The position numbers were made by a program, and so were the translations under genes. The notes under the pieces are model-generated. The model ran no database searches and was not told the origin of the DNA. It saw nothing but the letters and a program-made list of their open reading frames with translations. From Fibrobacterales bacterium Fibro_02 (GTDB lineage Bacteria > Fibrobacterota > Fibrobacteria > Fibrobacterales > Fibrobacteraceae), in assembly GCA_001603905.1 (NCBI GenBank), contig LVAE01000102.1, positions 11,365-75,364 on the forward strand: 64,000 bases of DNA, given 5' to 3'. Shown one piece after another: positions 45,778 to 55,388 of the stretch. The stretch's first letter is position 1; each line of letters begins with the position of its first letter.

Positions 45778-46509
45778 CTACTTCTTGGTAGTCTTTATGG
45801 CGTTCCAGACCATGTAGCCGATAAAGAGGGCGCCGAAGGCGAGGAGGGCGATGGCGAGTTCAGAATTGTATTTCTCGATGATGTCCTTCTGGCCGTGGGC
45901 GAGGTAGCCGAGGCCTGCAAGCACGCAGTTCCAGATGGTGGCGCCGAGGAAGGTGTACAAGGTGAACGGCAGAAGCTTCATATTCGCAATGCCTGCCGGA
46001 ATAGAAATCAGCTGGCGGATAACGGTAATGAGGCGGCCCACGAACGTGGAAATGGCGCCGTGGTCGCGGAAGTAGGTCTCTGCCTTTTCAAGCTTCTGCG
46101 TGTCCAGCAACAGGAAATGTCCCAGACGGCTATCGGCGAACTTGTAGATGATCGGGCGACCGAGGAACTTGGCGAGGAAGTAGTTGATGTATGCTCCGAC
46201 GAGGGCGCCTGCGCTTGCAGCAAGGACAATCAGCACGATGCTGAGTCCCGAACCGGGTTGCAGCGCCTTGTAAGCGGCGGGGGGCACCACGAGCTCCGAC
46301 GGAAAGGGAATGAAAGAACTTTCGATGGCCATCAGGAGGGCGATGGACCAGTAGTTCAGATGCTCGTTATACCAGTCGATAATCTGGGTGTAGATGCCTG
46401 TGGATTTGGCAGGGACTGCCTGGGTGACCGTATCGGCGACGGCGGGCTCGGCGAAGGCCGCTACTGCGAACAAGCTAACAAGTGCAAGGGCGAGAATCTT
46501 TCTATTCAT
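45778..46509 (-). CDS. DedA family membrane protein with N-terminal signal-like extension
   Basis: IESSFIPFPSELVV, GRLITVIRQLISIPAG and FTLYTFLGATIW motifs. Confidence 0.9.
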   Translation of the reverse strand: MNRKILALALVSLFAVAAFAEPAVADTVTQAVPAKSTGIYTQIIDWYNEHLNYWSIALLMAIESSFIPFPSELVVPPAAYKALQPGSGLSIVLIVLAASAGALVGAYINYFLAKFLGRPIIYKFADSRLGHFLLLDTQKLEKAETYFRDHGAISTFVGRLITVIRQLISIPAGIANMKLLPFTLYTFLGATIWNCVLAGLGYLAHGQKDIIEKYNSELAIALLAFGALFIGYMVWNAIKTTKK

Positions 46510-46525
46510 GAGGCCAAATATAGAA

Positions 46526-46559
46526 AGAAAAAGAAACCCCTGACGCGTTGTCAGGGGGT
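46526..46559 (-). terminator. Terminator of the 53.8-46.6 kb envelope cluster
   Basis: acccctgac...gtcagggggt hairpin next to an A-rich tract (U-tract on the minus strand). Confidence 0.65.
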
Positions 46560-46581
46560 ATCAAAGGTTTGCCGTTAAGTC

Positions 46582-48195
46582 TTACTTTTTCTTCTTGGAC
46601 TTCTTGTTGTGCTTCTTGGAGGCTTTCTTGTTAGCCTTCTTTGCAGCCTTCTTGCCCTTGGCCGGCTTGACTTCTTCCTCTTCTTCTTCCTCGACGGCTT
46701 CTTCTTCCTGCTGCACGGCCGGTTCCGGTTCGCTGTAGGTTTCACCCGTCTGGTATTCGATGATGGAATTCTGGCTGTTTGCCTGGTTGAGGGCTGCCTT
46801 GGCTTCTTCAACGTATTTGCCGTTGGGGAAGCGCTTCAAGTAGATTTCGTAGTCCTTCAGGCGGTTGCCAGCCTTCACCAGTTCAAAGATGCCTGCTTCG
46901 GCTTCGTCGCGGAAGGCTCCGTTCGGATTGTCGTTCAGGTAGGTGAGGTAAGCCTTGAAGGTGTTCTGTGCCTGGATGGCGCGGAACTTGTCGTATTCGC
47001 CGAGAGAACGCAGCTTGGCTTCGACTTCGGGCCTACGCGGGGAGTCGGGGTAGTACTGCAGGAACATCTCAAGCATTTCGGGATCGTTGGAGGCCATGAC
47101 CTGGTCGAAACGGGAATCTTCCTGACGGACCTGGTATTCCTTCAACTGAACCTTGCCGCTGTCGAGCGTGGAGTAGAGCTTTTCCTTGGTAGCGAGGTCT
47201 GCCGGGTGGCAGAAGGCGAGGAAGCTTTCAAGCACGTCCGCAAACTGGGTGCGGGTGTAGGCTTCGCTCATGTCGGGCAGTTCGCCGTTTTCGTCAAGGT
47301 AGAAACGATAGTCGCGTTCGATGGCCATGCAGTCCCAGTCGCTGAGCGTGTCCTTGACTTCGCTGTACTTGCGCAGGACGTCGTCACGGTCGTGGAGGTT
47401 GTAGCGCATGCGGCGGTCACGGCGGCTTTCGCGGCCGAAATCAAGCGAGAGCTCGAGGCCTACGCGTACGGGCCACTTGTAGGAAATCTTGTCGAACTTG
47501 AGGTCGGAGTACGGGGACGGGCTCGGGCTGTTGTCCTTGTCGCGAGCCTTGATGTCTTCGTAGGGGAGGAATTCCTTGCGGACGTTCACGCCAATCTTGA
47601 GGTCGACATCCTTGAAAAGTTCGGTGATGCGGTATTCAAGTGCGCCGGAAACGAACCCGGTCTGTGCCATTTCGGTGTGCTGGTCGGTATGACCGCTGTA
47701 GTCGTCGTAGAAAGAGAAGAAGTGGAATCCGAATCCGCCCAAAACGCGCAGGTCGAGATCTCCGATCAGGTTGAAGCTAAAACCGGCAAGCACGGAAGGT
47801 GCGTAGGTGAGGAACCAAAGTTCTCGGTCGGTCTGTTCACCCTTTCTGGTCTTTCCGTCCTTGGATTCGTCCGGAATGGTGTACTTGGGATTGTCTTCGA
47901 TGGTGCCGAACTGGAAGGAGTTGACTTCCGCGCCCAGCCAGAAGGTAAACGGAATGTCCGCTTTCCATAGGGGGGTGATCAGAGGAGACCACAGGAGACC
48001 AAGCGAAAGGGGAACGGTAAGAACATCTTTGTCGAGTCCGTCGTCAAGGAGAGTCTTGTTCTTCTCGGTCTTGAAATTCAGGAAGGCGGGTTCACCCTGC
48101 AAGTACAGCTGGGTACGCCAGTTGGAACGTTCGAAATCGGCCGCATACGAGGCAGCCGCCAATAAAGACAAAATGGCAAATAGTTTACGCATCAT
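46582..48195 (-). CDS. Exported protein: probable beta-barrel N-terminus, TPR-like helical repeats, acidic then Lys-rich tail
   Basis: Signal peptide; amphipathic strands ending VRVGLELSLDFG; repeats FLQYYPDS, YLNDNPNG and YLKRFPNG. Confidence 0.65.
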   Translation of the reverse strand: MMRKLFAILSLLAAASYAADFERSNWRTQLYLQGEPAFLNFKTEKNKTLLDDGLDKDVLTVPLSLGLLWSPLITPLWKADIPFTFWLGAEVNSFQFGTIEDNPKYTIPDESKDGKTRKGEQTDRELWFLTYAPSVLAGFSFNLIGDLDLRVLGGFGFHFFSFYDDYSGHTDQHTEMAQTGFVSGALEYRITELFKDVDLKIGVNVRKEFLPYEDIKARDKDNSPSPSPYSDLKFDKISYKWPVRVGLELSLDFGRESRRDRRMRYNLHDRDDVLRKYSEVKDTLSDWDCMAIERDYRFYLDENGELPDMSEAYTRTQFADVLESFLAFCHPADLATKEKLYSTLDSGKVQLKEYQVRQEDSRFDQVMASNDPEMLEMFLQYYPDSPRRPEVEAKLRSLGEYDKFRAIQAQNTFKAYLTYLNDNPNGAFRDEAEAGIFELVKAGNRLKDYEIYLKRFPNGKYVEEAKAALNQANSQNSIIEYQTGETYSEPEPAVQQEEEAVEEEEEEEVKPAKGKKAAKKANKKASKKHNKKSKKKK

Positions 48196-48274
48196 GCTAA
48201 ATTTAATTTTTCTAGGGCGCTTGAGGTGAATGAAATTAAAAAATAAGGCTTTTTTAGGTGTTTTGGGGCTAATA

Positions 48275-49828
48275 TCAGAAGTTCAGGACAAAACCGACGC
48301 ACAGCAGAAGGGCTCCGGCGCCAATCAGGGAGCCTCCGATGATCATTTTGCGGTCTCCCTTGTCGACCAAGTCCCTATTCTCATCGACTTTTTTCTGGTA
48401 TTTTTCACCTCCCGAGGCGGGACGTTCCAGCTCGTTCTTGACATCATCGGCGTCGTCGTAGTCCAAGGTGGCGAGGTAGGTAAACAGGGCGCCAAGGAGC
48501 AGCGGGGCGATAGAGGTGCCCATCAGGGTTTTCCCGATGCGGTGCCGCTTGCGGATACCTTCCCATTCGTCCTGTACAATTTGTTCCTGAAGGTTCGTGA
48601 TGGGTGTCAGATTAATGTCGATGTCCGTGATTTCGGTGGGCGAGGCGAATACGGTTACCACCGTGTCGCGGTAGCCGACTTTGCGGATTTGCACGGTGGA
48701 GAGGCCCGGTTCAAAGATGGTGAATTTGTTCGGTGAATATCCGATGGGGTCCGACTTTGGTGTAATTGGCGAAGAGCCTGCGTAGATTTCTGCTCCCGAC
48801 GGAATGGTCGTGATGCGGAGCTCGGGTTTTGATTTCTTGAGCTTGAGCGAAAGCTTGGTGGTGTCGCCCGGTATCGGCCTGATGACGGATTTGGTGCTCC
48901 ATAGCTGGCGGTTCACGTTCCAGTAGGCGTACAGGACGATTTTCCCGGTGTCGAGCGTGGCAAAGGTACAGGGGCTCTTGCAAATGTCCTCTTTCCCGTG
49001 GATGGCGATGTTTGCCCCTTCGGGATCCGTCTCGACATGGATGTAGCTTTTGCCGCTTACAGTCAGCTTGGAGGGGGAAACCTTTTCGCCTTGGAGCGCC
49101 TTGATGAAATTTTGCAGCTTGTTGTTTGCCATGGCATCGCTCAAGGAACGAATTGCGGATAAATTCATCTGGACCGTGGCGTTTGCCCCTTTGGCGGTGG
49201 AATCGCCAAAGACGAAGTGCGATGCCTGTACCGCCAATGAATCCGGAGTGCGTGCGGCGGTGATGCGTCCGGTGTAGGCGGATGCGGCCTTGTGGGCGGA
49301 GAGCGAATCGCGTATGCAGGCAGCGTCGGAGCAATTCTCGAAGTCTTCCGATCTTACAATTGAGATGGGCGTTCCCGATTCCTTGATCAGCTTGATAATC
49401 AGGTTGTCCAGTTGCTCGGCGAATGCGGAATCGGAGCTGCGGCGTTCCAAAGGAATATAGATGTGCTTGCCTTCGACCGAATCGAGATCGGAGGGTTCTG
49501 TGTAGGAGGTCTCCGTTTCCTGAACAGTCGATTCCTGTTGTGTTTGGGCGCTGACGGAACTTGTGGACTGGTTGGAACCTGCACCATGAAGAAGGTCGGC
49601 TCCCTTCTCGTCGGTGATGCTCTTGAATCGGTTGGCGGGAATGCGCACAACGGTGAACTGCCCCTTGATGGAGCCCCCGAGGCTGACCGTGTCGTTCTGG
49701 ATGCCAAGGAATTGCGCCGTCTGCTTTGCCCCGGTCACCAGTTCAACGGTGGCACGGACGCCCTGAAGTTCGTCTGCGAAGGCCGTGAACGCCCAGAAGA
49801 GAACGAAGGTGATAATAAACTTTTTCAT
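48275..49828 (-). CDS. PEGA domain-containing exported protein
   Basis: Signal peptide; VETDPEGANI...SP and ITTIPSGAEIY...KVGY PEGA motifs; two Gly-rich hydrophobic C-terminal segments ending in F. Confidence 0.75.
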   Translation of the reverse strand: MKKFIITFVLFWAFTAFADELQGVRATVELVTGAKQTAQFLGIQNDTVSLGGSIKGQFTVVRIPANRFKSITDEKGADLLHGAGSNQSTSSVSAQTQQESTVQETETSYTEPSDLDSVEGKHIYIPLERRSSDSAFAEQLDNLIIKLIKESGTPISIVRSEDFENCSDAACIRDSLSAHKAASAYTGRITAARTPDSLAVQASHFVFGDSTAKGANATVQMNLSAIRSLSDAMANNKLQNFIKALQGEKVSPSKLTVSGKSYIHVETDPEGANIAIHGKEDICKSPCTFATLDTGKIVLYAYWNVNRQLWSTKSVIRPIPGDTTKLSLKLKKSKPELRITTIPSGAEIYAGSSPITPKSDPIGYSPNKFTIFEPGLSTVQIRKVGYRDTVVTVFASPTEITDIDINLTPITNLQEQIVQDEWEGIRKRHRIGKTLMGTSIAPLLLGALFTYLATLDYDDADDVKNELERPASGGEKYQKKVDENRDLVDKGDRKMIIGGSLIGAGALLLCVGFVLNF

Positions 49829-49835
49829 GGCCGAC

Positions 49836-50456
49836 CTAGAATGTTAAAATGAATCCGAGGGTGAGGAGCGAGGCGCCTGCGATAAGACCTGTGTACATGA
49901 CTGACCTGGATGTCTTTGCCTTGTCGCGGTAGTCCTTGAAGTCTCGCTCGGTTTGACGGTAGTGCTTTGTTTCGGCGATGGCCGAATTCTTAAGCGTTTT
50001 CTTGCAGTCCTCTGCCTTGCTGATTTCGTATTGGGTGACGATTCCCGCGACGGCACTCACGGCAAAGGGGAGGACGGACGTGAACATAAGACCTTTCCCG
50101 AATTTTTTGCGCTGCCTCTTGGAGAGTTCGCTTCTCTGTTCGCTGAGGAGATCCTCGTCCAGGGCGGGCTGCTGCGAAACAATGAGGTACGAAGTATCCC
50201 TGTCGGAAAGCTTTACCCTGATGGTTGTATCCGTAAATTCGGGATGGAACAGCGAAACGAGAATTTCGCCTTCAGTGACCTGTTCGTCGCTCAGCGGAAT
50301 AAAGGCAGGCGAGGTGTAGTCCGGATCGTCCGTGTGGTCGGGCCGCATTTCCTGGACGTAGATGTCAGCCTTGGAGGGAATGGTGGATACGTGTAGCACC
50401 TTTTGGGCAAAGGCGATGTTTACGAACAGGAGGCAAATGGCTATCAGTCGGAACAT
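49836..50456 (-). CDS. PEGA-like exported protein
   Basis: Start at 50456 (TAATG overlap); signal peptide; LHVSTIPSKADIY...TSP; same two hydrophobic C-terminal segments ending in F. Confidence 0.7.
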   Translation of the reverse strand: MFRLIAICLLFVNIAFAQKVLHVSTIPSKADIYVQEMRPDHTDDPDYTSPAFIPLSDEQVTEGEILVSLFHPEFTDTTIRVKLSDRDTSYLIVSQQPALDEDLLSEQRSELSKRQRKKFGKGLMFTSVLPFAVSAVAGIVTQYEISKAEDCKKTLKNSAIAETKHYRQTERDFKDYRDKAKTSRSVMYTGLIAGASLLTLGFILTF

Positions 50457-51823
50457 TAGAAAATCCCTCCTGAATACGGTCCCGTGATGGTATAGTAACT
50501 CGACTTGTTTTCGATGTACCAATGTTCTTGCGGGAGCGGATTGTGCGCGTTGTCTTCGCCCAGGATTTCAACTTTGCAGTTGAGCCTGCACTTGATCTTG
50601 AATAGGAGCGTCGGAGAACGATAATCGCTTGGAATGGTGTCTCCGTCAACGAGCACGAACAATTTGGCTTCGTTGATTCCGGAACCGTCGTCATAGACGA
50701 GATACTGGATGGAATCAGCGGGAGAGATGGTGTCAAGGAACGGGGCTACTTGCGGCGTTATCTTGTCCGTAAGGAAGATTGTATCAAGCATCTGGACCGT
50801 GTTTGCGGGAATGTCCACCATGATGCTTTCGGCTGCGTATTCTTTGCGGAGTGTTTCCTTGACTAGGATCTTGAGCCTTGACTGGGCCTTGACCTTGGTC
50901 GTGACAGTGTATGCGCGCTCTTCGGAGGTGTGCTTTTCAAGCGTATCTCCGTCTGCGGAAATCAGGTAGACATTTGATTCCAGGTATGCGTTGCTCCTGA
51001 ACCTGGAGTAGGCAACGGGAATCTTGAGTGTCGAGGAGTCGTTCTGGATCTTTGTGGAAAAATGGAAAATCTCCGAGGTGTCTAGGTACACCCTGCCGCT
51101 TACGCTCTGGGTGAGGAGTGCTATTCCCCAATAGAGGGTGAAGGAACTGTCCCTGGTGAGGATGGCGGCTGAATCGGGGTCGATTTGACCGAGAAGCGAG
51201 CCTCCGAGCGAAAGTTCTTCTTTGCAATCAACTCTGCCGACCGGACTTTCCCAGACGGAGTCGGGGTCGTTTGAAATGAAAATCTGGCAGGAGGAAGTTT
51301 CCCACGGGTCGTGGCCTTGAACAGACCAGCGTAGAGGAAGCTGTTGGTCTGCCGTCGGTTCTGCCTGGTTATAGCCGTTGTACGGAAACAGGAGCGTGAT
51401 TCCGTTGGGCGTATTGACATGGACGTGGAAATCGTTATGGAGGGTGTCTCCGTAAAGGTCGACGGTCTCAAGGGTACCGCTAAAATCTCCAGGCTTATTG
51501 AAGGTGTAGCGGAAATTGGACAGATTGAAGTTGTCGTTTCCGATGCTCCAAGAACAGCCTCCGTAATATTGCTGCAAGGTCTCGTCGGTGAAAATGACTT
51601 TGCCGAGGCCGTAAGCCGCATAGAACCGGACGGTTTGCCCCTGCTCCAGGTACAGGTCGCCGAGCGCGTCGTTGTTGTTGACAATGTCGCCGGTATAACC
51701 TTCGGGTACAGCGTAGACGTATTGCTGCAGGTTGTTGCCTGATTCGCTTGCCAGATGGTCGTCGCCGCAGGCCGAGAGGAACAGGGCTGCTAAAAGCGGA
51801 ATGAAAAGAATCTGTCTATTCAC
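50456..51823 (-). CDS. Hypothetical lipoprotein (PKD/FN3/Ig-like modules)
   Basis: Lipobox LSA-C; YTFNKPG, LLFPYNG, LTDKITP and YDDGSGI motifs. Confidence 0.75.
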   Translation of the reverse strand: MNRQILFIPLLAALFLSACGDDHLASESGNNLQQYVYAVPEGYTGDIVNNNDALGDLYLEQGQTVRFYAAYGLGKVIFTDETLQQYYGGCSWSIGNDNFNLSNFRYTFNKPGDFSGTLETVDLYGDTLHNDFHVHVNTPNGITLLFPYNGYNQAEPTADQQLPLRWSVQGHDPWETSSCQIFISNDPDSVWESPVGRVDCKEELSLGGSLLGQIDPDSAAILTRDSSFTLYWGIALLTQSVSGRVYLDTSEIFHFSTKIQNDSSTLKIPVAYSRFRSNAYLESNVYLISADGDTLEKHTSEERAYTVTTKVKAQSRLKILVKETLRKEYAAESIMVDIPANTVQMLDTIFLTDKITPQVAPFLDTISPADSIQYLVYDDGSGINEAKLFVLVDGDTIPSDYRSPTLLFKIKCRLNCKVEILGEDNAHNPLPQEHWYIENKSSYYTITGPYSGGIF

Positions 51824-53102
51824 CGAATACCTCCGGCAAGGTTGTGTTCGGCTTCAGATAAAAATTCTTGCTAATCTTGTTGCCGCTAAAGTCGATGGCG
51901 GATATGTTGATAATCCTGTAGGTCCAGCTTCGAATATCCTTGTCGAAGGGTATTTTCAGGAGACTGTCCGATAGCGAGAAATTCTGTAGGTAATTGTTTT
52001 CGAAGAACACACTTATCATGGATTCTGAAAGTCCACTACCACCGTCGCGGACTGTAAAACGGAGTGTGTCCGCGATGTCGAGGGTGTCGCTCCCTAGCGG
52101 ATTTTTGATGGTAGGCGGTGTGTTGTCGTATAGGCAGATGGTGTCAAGCTCCAGAACTTGTCCCCCGTGGAGGGTAATGCGGGTAAGAATGGGCGAAAAG
52201 TCGGGACTGTCCGGGACGGATACTCGGAGCGAATATGAACCCACGGCAAGAGGGAACAGGCTGAAATCGGTGCTGTCGCTTTTGATTTCCTTGAGGGGAA
52301 CCATGTTGCTGTCTTGCAGGAGAATCTGGTAGGTGTAGGAATCCTTGTCGGAATTGGTCTTCAGGTGGCCCATGACTGCGTTCTCGCTGGAGGCTCCCTT
52401 GACGTAGAAGTTCCCTTCGATGGTCCTTTCCGATTTTTGCTGGAACTGGTTCTCGGCGGAAACACTCCAGTAGTACTTATGGAGCGGAGTGAATCCGTTG
52501 CGGTAGATAAAGTTCGCTTGCTTGAGGAGCGTGTCGACCATGATTTCGCCGGTGGATTTCCAGATGACGAAATGGTAGCTGGCCCTGCTGAAGGAATCGA
52601 CGGCAGTGCTGTTCCAGGCGAAATTCAAGGCTGAATCAGGTTCGATGTTCTGGGTGCCGCAGGCAGGAATGAATAAACTGTCGTCTAGCACGGGGGGAGT
52701 CGCGACGGTGACGGAGACCGTGTCGCTTAAAGTGTCGCCAAAGGAATCGACAAAGACGAATACCACCTCGTGGACGCCGGGATCAAGGATGGTGTTCCTG
52801 AAACTGAACTCGTTTGCAAAGGGAGCTCCGTCGAGTAACCAAAAGTACCGCGTGTGCCCGATGGATTTTGACGGGTAGACTTCCGTAAGGAAGATGAGGG
52901 AGTCTCCTGGCCGTATGGTGTCTGACTTGACCTTGGCGACCGAGGAATCGAACGATGTCGTGAGGAGGGCCTTGACGGAAATGGATTCGTTAGGCGTGGA
53001 ACTGTCGAACAGGTACTGGTCCGAGTTGGTACAGGCTCCGAAGGTAAGGACGATGATGCTCCAGAGGAGAAGTCCGAGGAAATGTTGCTTGCAGAAAGTC
53101 AT
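51816..53102 (-). CDS. Hypothetical lipoprotein (PKD/FN3/Ig-like modules)
   Basis: Lipobox FGA-C; DPGVHEVVFVFVDSFGDT, YYWSVSA, YDNTPPTI and RDGGSGL motifs. Confidence 0.75.
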   Translation of the reverse strand: MTFCKQHFLGLLLWSIIVLTFGACTNSDQYLFDSSTPNESISVKALLTTSFDSSVAKVKSDTIRPGDSLIFLTEVYPSKSIGHTRYFWLLDGAPFANEFSFRNTILDPGVHEVVFVFVDSFGDTLSDTVSVTVATPPVLDDSLFIPACGTQNIEPDSALNFAWNSTAVDSFSRASYHFVIWKSTGEIMVDTLLKQANFIYRNGFTPLHKYYWSVSAENQFQQKSERTIEGNFYVKGASSENAVMGHLKTNSDKDSYTYQILLQDSNMVPLKEIKSDSTDFSLFPLAVGSYSLRVSVPDSPDFSPILTRITLHGGQVLELDTICLYDNTPPTIKNPLGSDTLDIADTLRFTVRDGGSGLSESMISVFFENNYLQNFSLSDSLLKIPFDKDIRSWTYRIINISAIDFSGNKISKNFYLKPNTTLPEVFGE

Positions 53103-53824
53103 TTGCCCTCCAGAGTGTCGAGGACAAAGAATGTGCGGGAGGGAATAGAATCCCTGTCGCCGCGGGAATCTTCGACGATAATCCTGAAGGTGTGTTCGCC
53201 TTCGTCCAGGCCGGATTGCCTGATGTTATCCAGCTCGCCGAGGGAATAGGATTTTCCATCGATTTCGATGATGCTGTAAATGATGTCGTCATCATCGCGG
53301 TCCCAGGCGTACCAGGCAAACAGGAATGGCGTGTGGCTGTTGCCGTAGAGGGTGTCGCCATTGGCGGGCGTGGTGACTTTGCTGATTTCGGGCGGTGCGT
53401 TTACGATGACCGAGATCTGCTTCTCGAGACGGTTTCCCTCGTTGTCGATAATCTCGACTCGGTCGGGAATGAAATTCTGCACCGTGAACGGGGAGGCCGT
53501 CATGGTGGTCGATACGGGGTAGCTGCTACCACTGTCCAGGACGTCTTCGCCGTTATACCAGTAGTACCGCACCTTGTTTTGGTAGGTGTCCGGAGTGACA
53601 TGGACGACCAGGGTGGCGGAATCGTTGGAATTGATCTTGAGCGGATCAAAGAGATTCTCGTCGGCCTGGTGGACGTATACTTCGAAATCCTGAATTTTTG
53701 AGGTGCTGTCGGGTAAATCGGGAATGTCGCTGCACGCACCTAGATAAGCAGACAAAAGGGTGAGACCTGTCAGGCCTCCGCAAAAGCGAAAAACGTGCTG
53801 AATAGATTTACCGAATAAACTCAC
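53099..53824 (-). CDS. Hypothetical lipoprotein
   Basis: Lipobox LGA-C; VNAPPEI...PANGD, DRDDD and EGEHTFRIIVEDSRGD motifs. The true start is probably GTG 53824; the longer ORF overlaps xseB and the ABC gene antisense. Confidence 0.65.
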   Translation of the reverse strand: MSLFGKSIQHVFRFCGGLTGLTLLSAYLGACSDIPDLPDSTSKIQDFEVYVHQADENLFDPLKINSNDSATLVVHVTPDTYQNKVRYYWYNGEDVLDSGSSYPVSTTMTASPFTVQNFIPDRVEIIDNEGNRLEKQISVIVNAPPEISKVTTPANGDTLYGNSHTPFLFAWYAWDRDDDDIIYSIIEIDGKSYSLGELDNIRQSGLDEGEHTFRIIVEDSRGDRDSIPSRTFFVLDTLEGK

Positions 53825-53852
53825 GGAATTAAAGATAACTATATTCGTCAAC

Positions 53853-54071
53853 ATGAGTACCGAAAATTTTGAATATAAAACCGCAATGGAGCGTCTGGAA
53901 AACATTCTGGAACGCATTGACAATTCCGAGATGGAAATCGACGAATTGGCCGGGGCCGTGCAGGAGGCTACGGAGCTTTTGCGGAAATGCAGGCAGATTT
54001 TGCTTTCGACGGAAAAGAATGTACAGGAAGCGCTTTCTAGTCTGGATGGCGAAACGGAAGCGGGTGCCTGA
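53853..54071 (+). CDS. xseB: Exodeoxyribonuclease VII small subunit
   Basis: YKTAMERLENILERID...IDEL...EATELLRKCRQIL; 72 aa. Confidence 0.88.
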   Translation: MSTENFEYKTAMERLENILERIDNSEMEIDELAGAVQEATELLRKCRQILLSTEKNVQEALSSLDGETEAGA

Positions 54072-54073
54072 TA

Positions 54074-55000
54074 ATGGTTGAAAAGGCGCCGGAAATGCCC
54101 TTGAACGCGGAAGTCCCAGCCATGGAGGTTTCGGGACTTACTGTAAAGTTCCCGATACGCGGAGGCGTACTTGGGAAGGTGCAACGCTACTTTACCGCAG
54201 TAGACGATGTGTCTTTTACACTTCCGCAAGGGAAAATCCTGTCGGTGGTCGGGGAATCCGGCTGCGGCAAGTCGACGCTCGTGAAGTCTTTGGTCGGGCT
54301 CGTGCCGATGGCTTCGGGTACGTTTAAGCTGTTCGGCGAAACCGTCCGTCAGGGGAAGGTGGCTGGACTGGCTGCTTTGCAAAAATTGGAAGGTTCAGCT
54401 ACGCGTAAGTTGGATGGTTTGGCTTCGCAAAAGTTGGGTGGTTTGGCTTCGCAAAAACCGTGCCGGGTGTCCGACCTGGTGCAGATGATTTTCCAGGATC
54501 CGTTCAGCAGCTTGAACCCGCGGCAGACTGTAGCGGAAATACTCACGGCGCCGCTGGTGGCGCGCGGGGTGAAGTTTGATGCAGCGGAAACGCGCGCCAA
54601 GGAACTTTTGGAGCGCGTGTCCTTGCCGGCAGCATCTCTCCAAAAGTTCCCCCACGAGTTCTCGGGGGGCCAGCGGCAGCGCCTCTGCATTGCCCGCAGC
54701 TTGATGGTGCGTCCGAGAATCCTCTTGTGCGACGAAGTGACAAGCGCTCTCGACGTTTCGGTGCAGGCGCAGATTTTGCACTTGCTGGATGACCTGCGGA
54801 ACGAATTCGGACTTTCTATTTTATTTATCAGCCACGATATGCAGGTGGTTCGTGCCTTGAGCGACGAAGTCCTGGTAATGTACTTTGGACATGTGGTCGA
54901 ACGTGGCCATGCCGACGAGGTGTTGACGAATCCGCAGCATGAGTATACTCAAAAGTTGTTGGCTAGTGTCCCGACAATAAGGAGAAAGATATGTCAATAG
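54074..55000 (+). CDS. Oligopeptide/dipeptide-type ABC ATP-binding protein
   Basis: GESGCGKST, QMIFQDPFSSLNP, PHEFSGGQRQR, CDEVTSALDVSVQAQI and HEYTQKLL motifs. Confidence 0.9.
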   Translation: MVEKAPEMPLNAEVPAMEVSGLTVKFPIRGGVLGKVQRYFTAVDDVSFTLPQGKILSVVGESGCGKSTLVKSLVGLVPMASGTFKLFGETVRQGKVAGLAALQKLEGSATRKLDGLASQKLGGLASQKPCRVSDLVQMIFQDPFSSLNPRQTVAEILTAPLVARGVKFDAAETRAKELLERVSLPAASLQKFPHEFSGGQRQRLCIARSLMVRPRILLCDEVTSALDVSVQAQILHLLDDLRNEFGLSILFISHDMQVVRALSDEVLVMYFGHVVERGHADEVLTNPQHEYTQKLLASVPTIRRKICQ

Positions 55001-55338
55001 CAGAAGAAGCGAAAAAGTTTCATGCCGACAAGCGTGGCAACTGCGCCATGGCGGTGGCTTACGGCTATGCCCGTGGTACGGGCAAGACAGAATTGGAATC
55101 GACGGATGCTGCACAGACTTTCCGCGGCTTCGGTGGCGGCAAGGCTCCCGAAGGTTATTGCGGTGCGCTCTACACGGCAAAACTGATGCAGCCGGACCAT
55201 GCCGATGCTATCGAGGACTTCTTCAAGCGCGGTGCGAAGAACTGCACCAAGTGCAAGGAAATCCGCCCGGACGGCGTCATTCCCTGCAACCGCTGCGTGG
55301 AACTCGCCGGCGAAGCTTTGGATTTTCTAGATAAATAA
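54991..55338 (+). CDS. C-GCAxxG-C-C family putative redox protein
   Basis: GNCAMAV, FGGG, YCGAL, CTKC and CNRC motifs. Confidence 0.75.
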   Translation: MSIAEEAKKFHADKRGNCAMAVAYGYARGTGKTELESTDAAQTFRGFGGGKAPEGYCGALYTAKLMQPDHADAIEDFFKRGAKNCTKCKEIRPDGVIPCNRCVELAGEALDFLDK

Positions 55339-55388
55339 TCTAGGCCCGTAAAAAAATCTATTTTTACCCTTGTAAAAGAGAGGTTTTT

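Noticed and set aside
53825-54382. N-terminal extension of the 427-aa minus-strand ORF
   Set aside because: Antisense to xseB and the ABC ATPase; the lipoprotein signal lies downstream of ~53824
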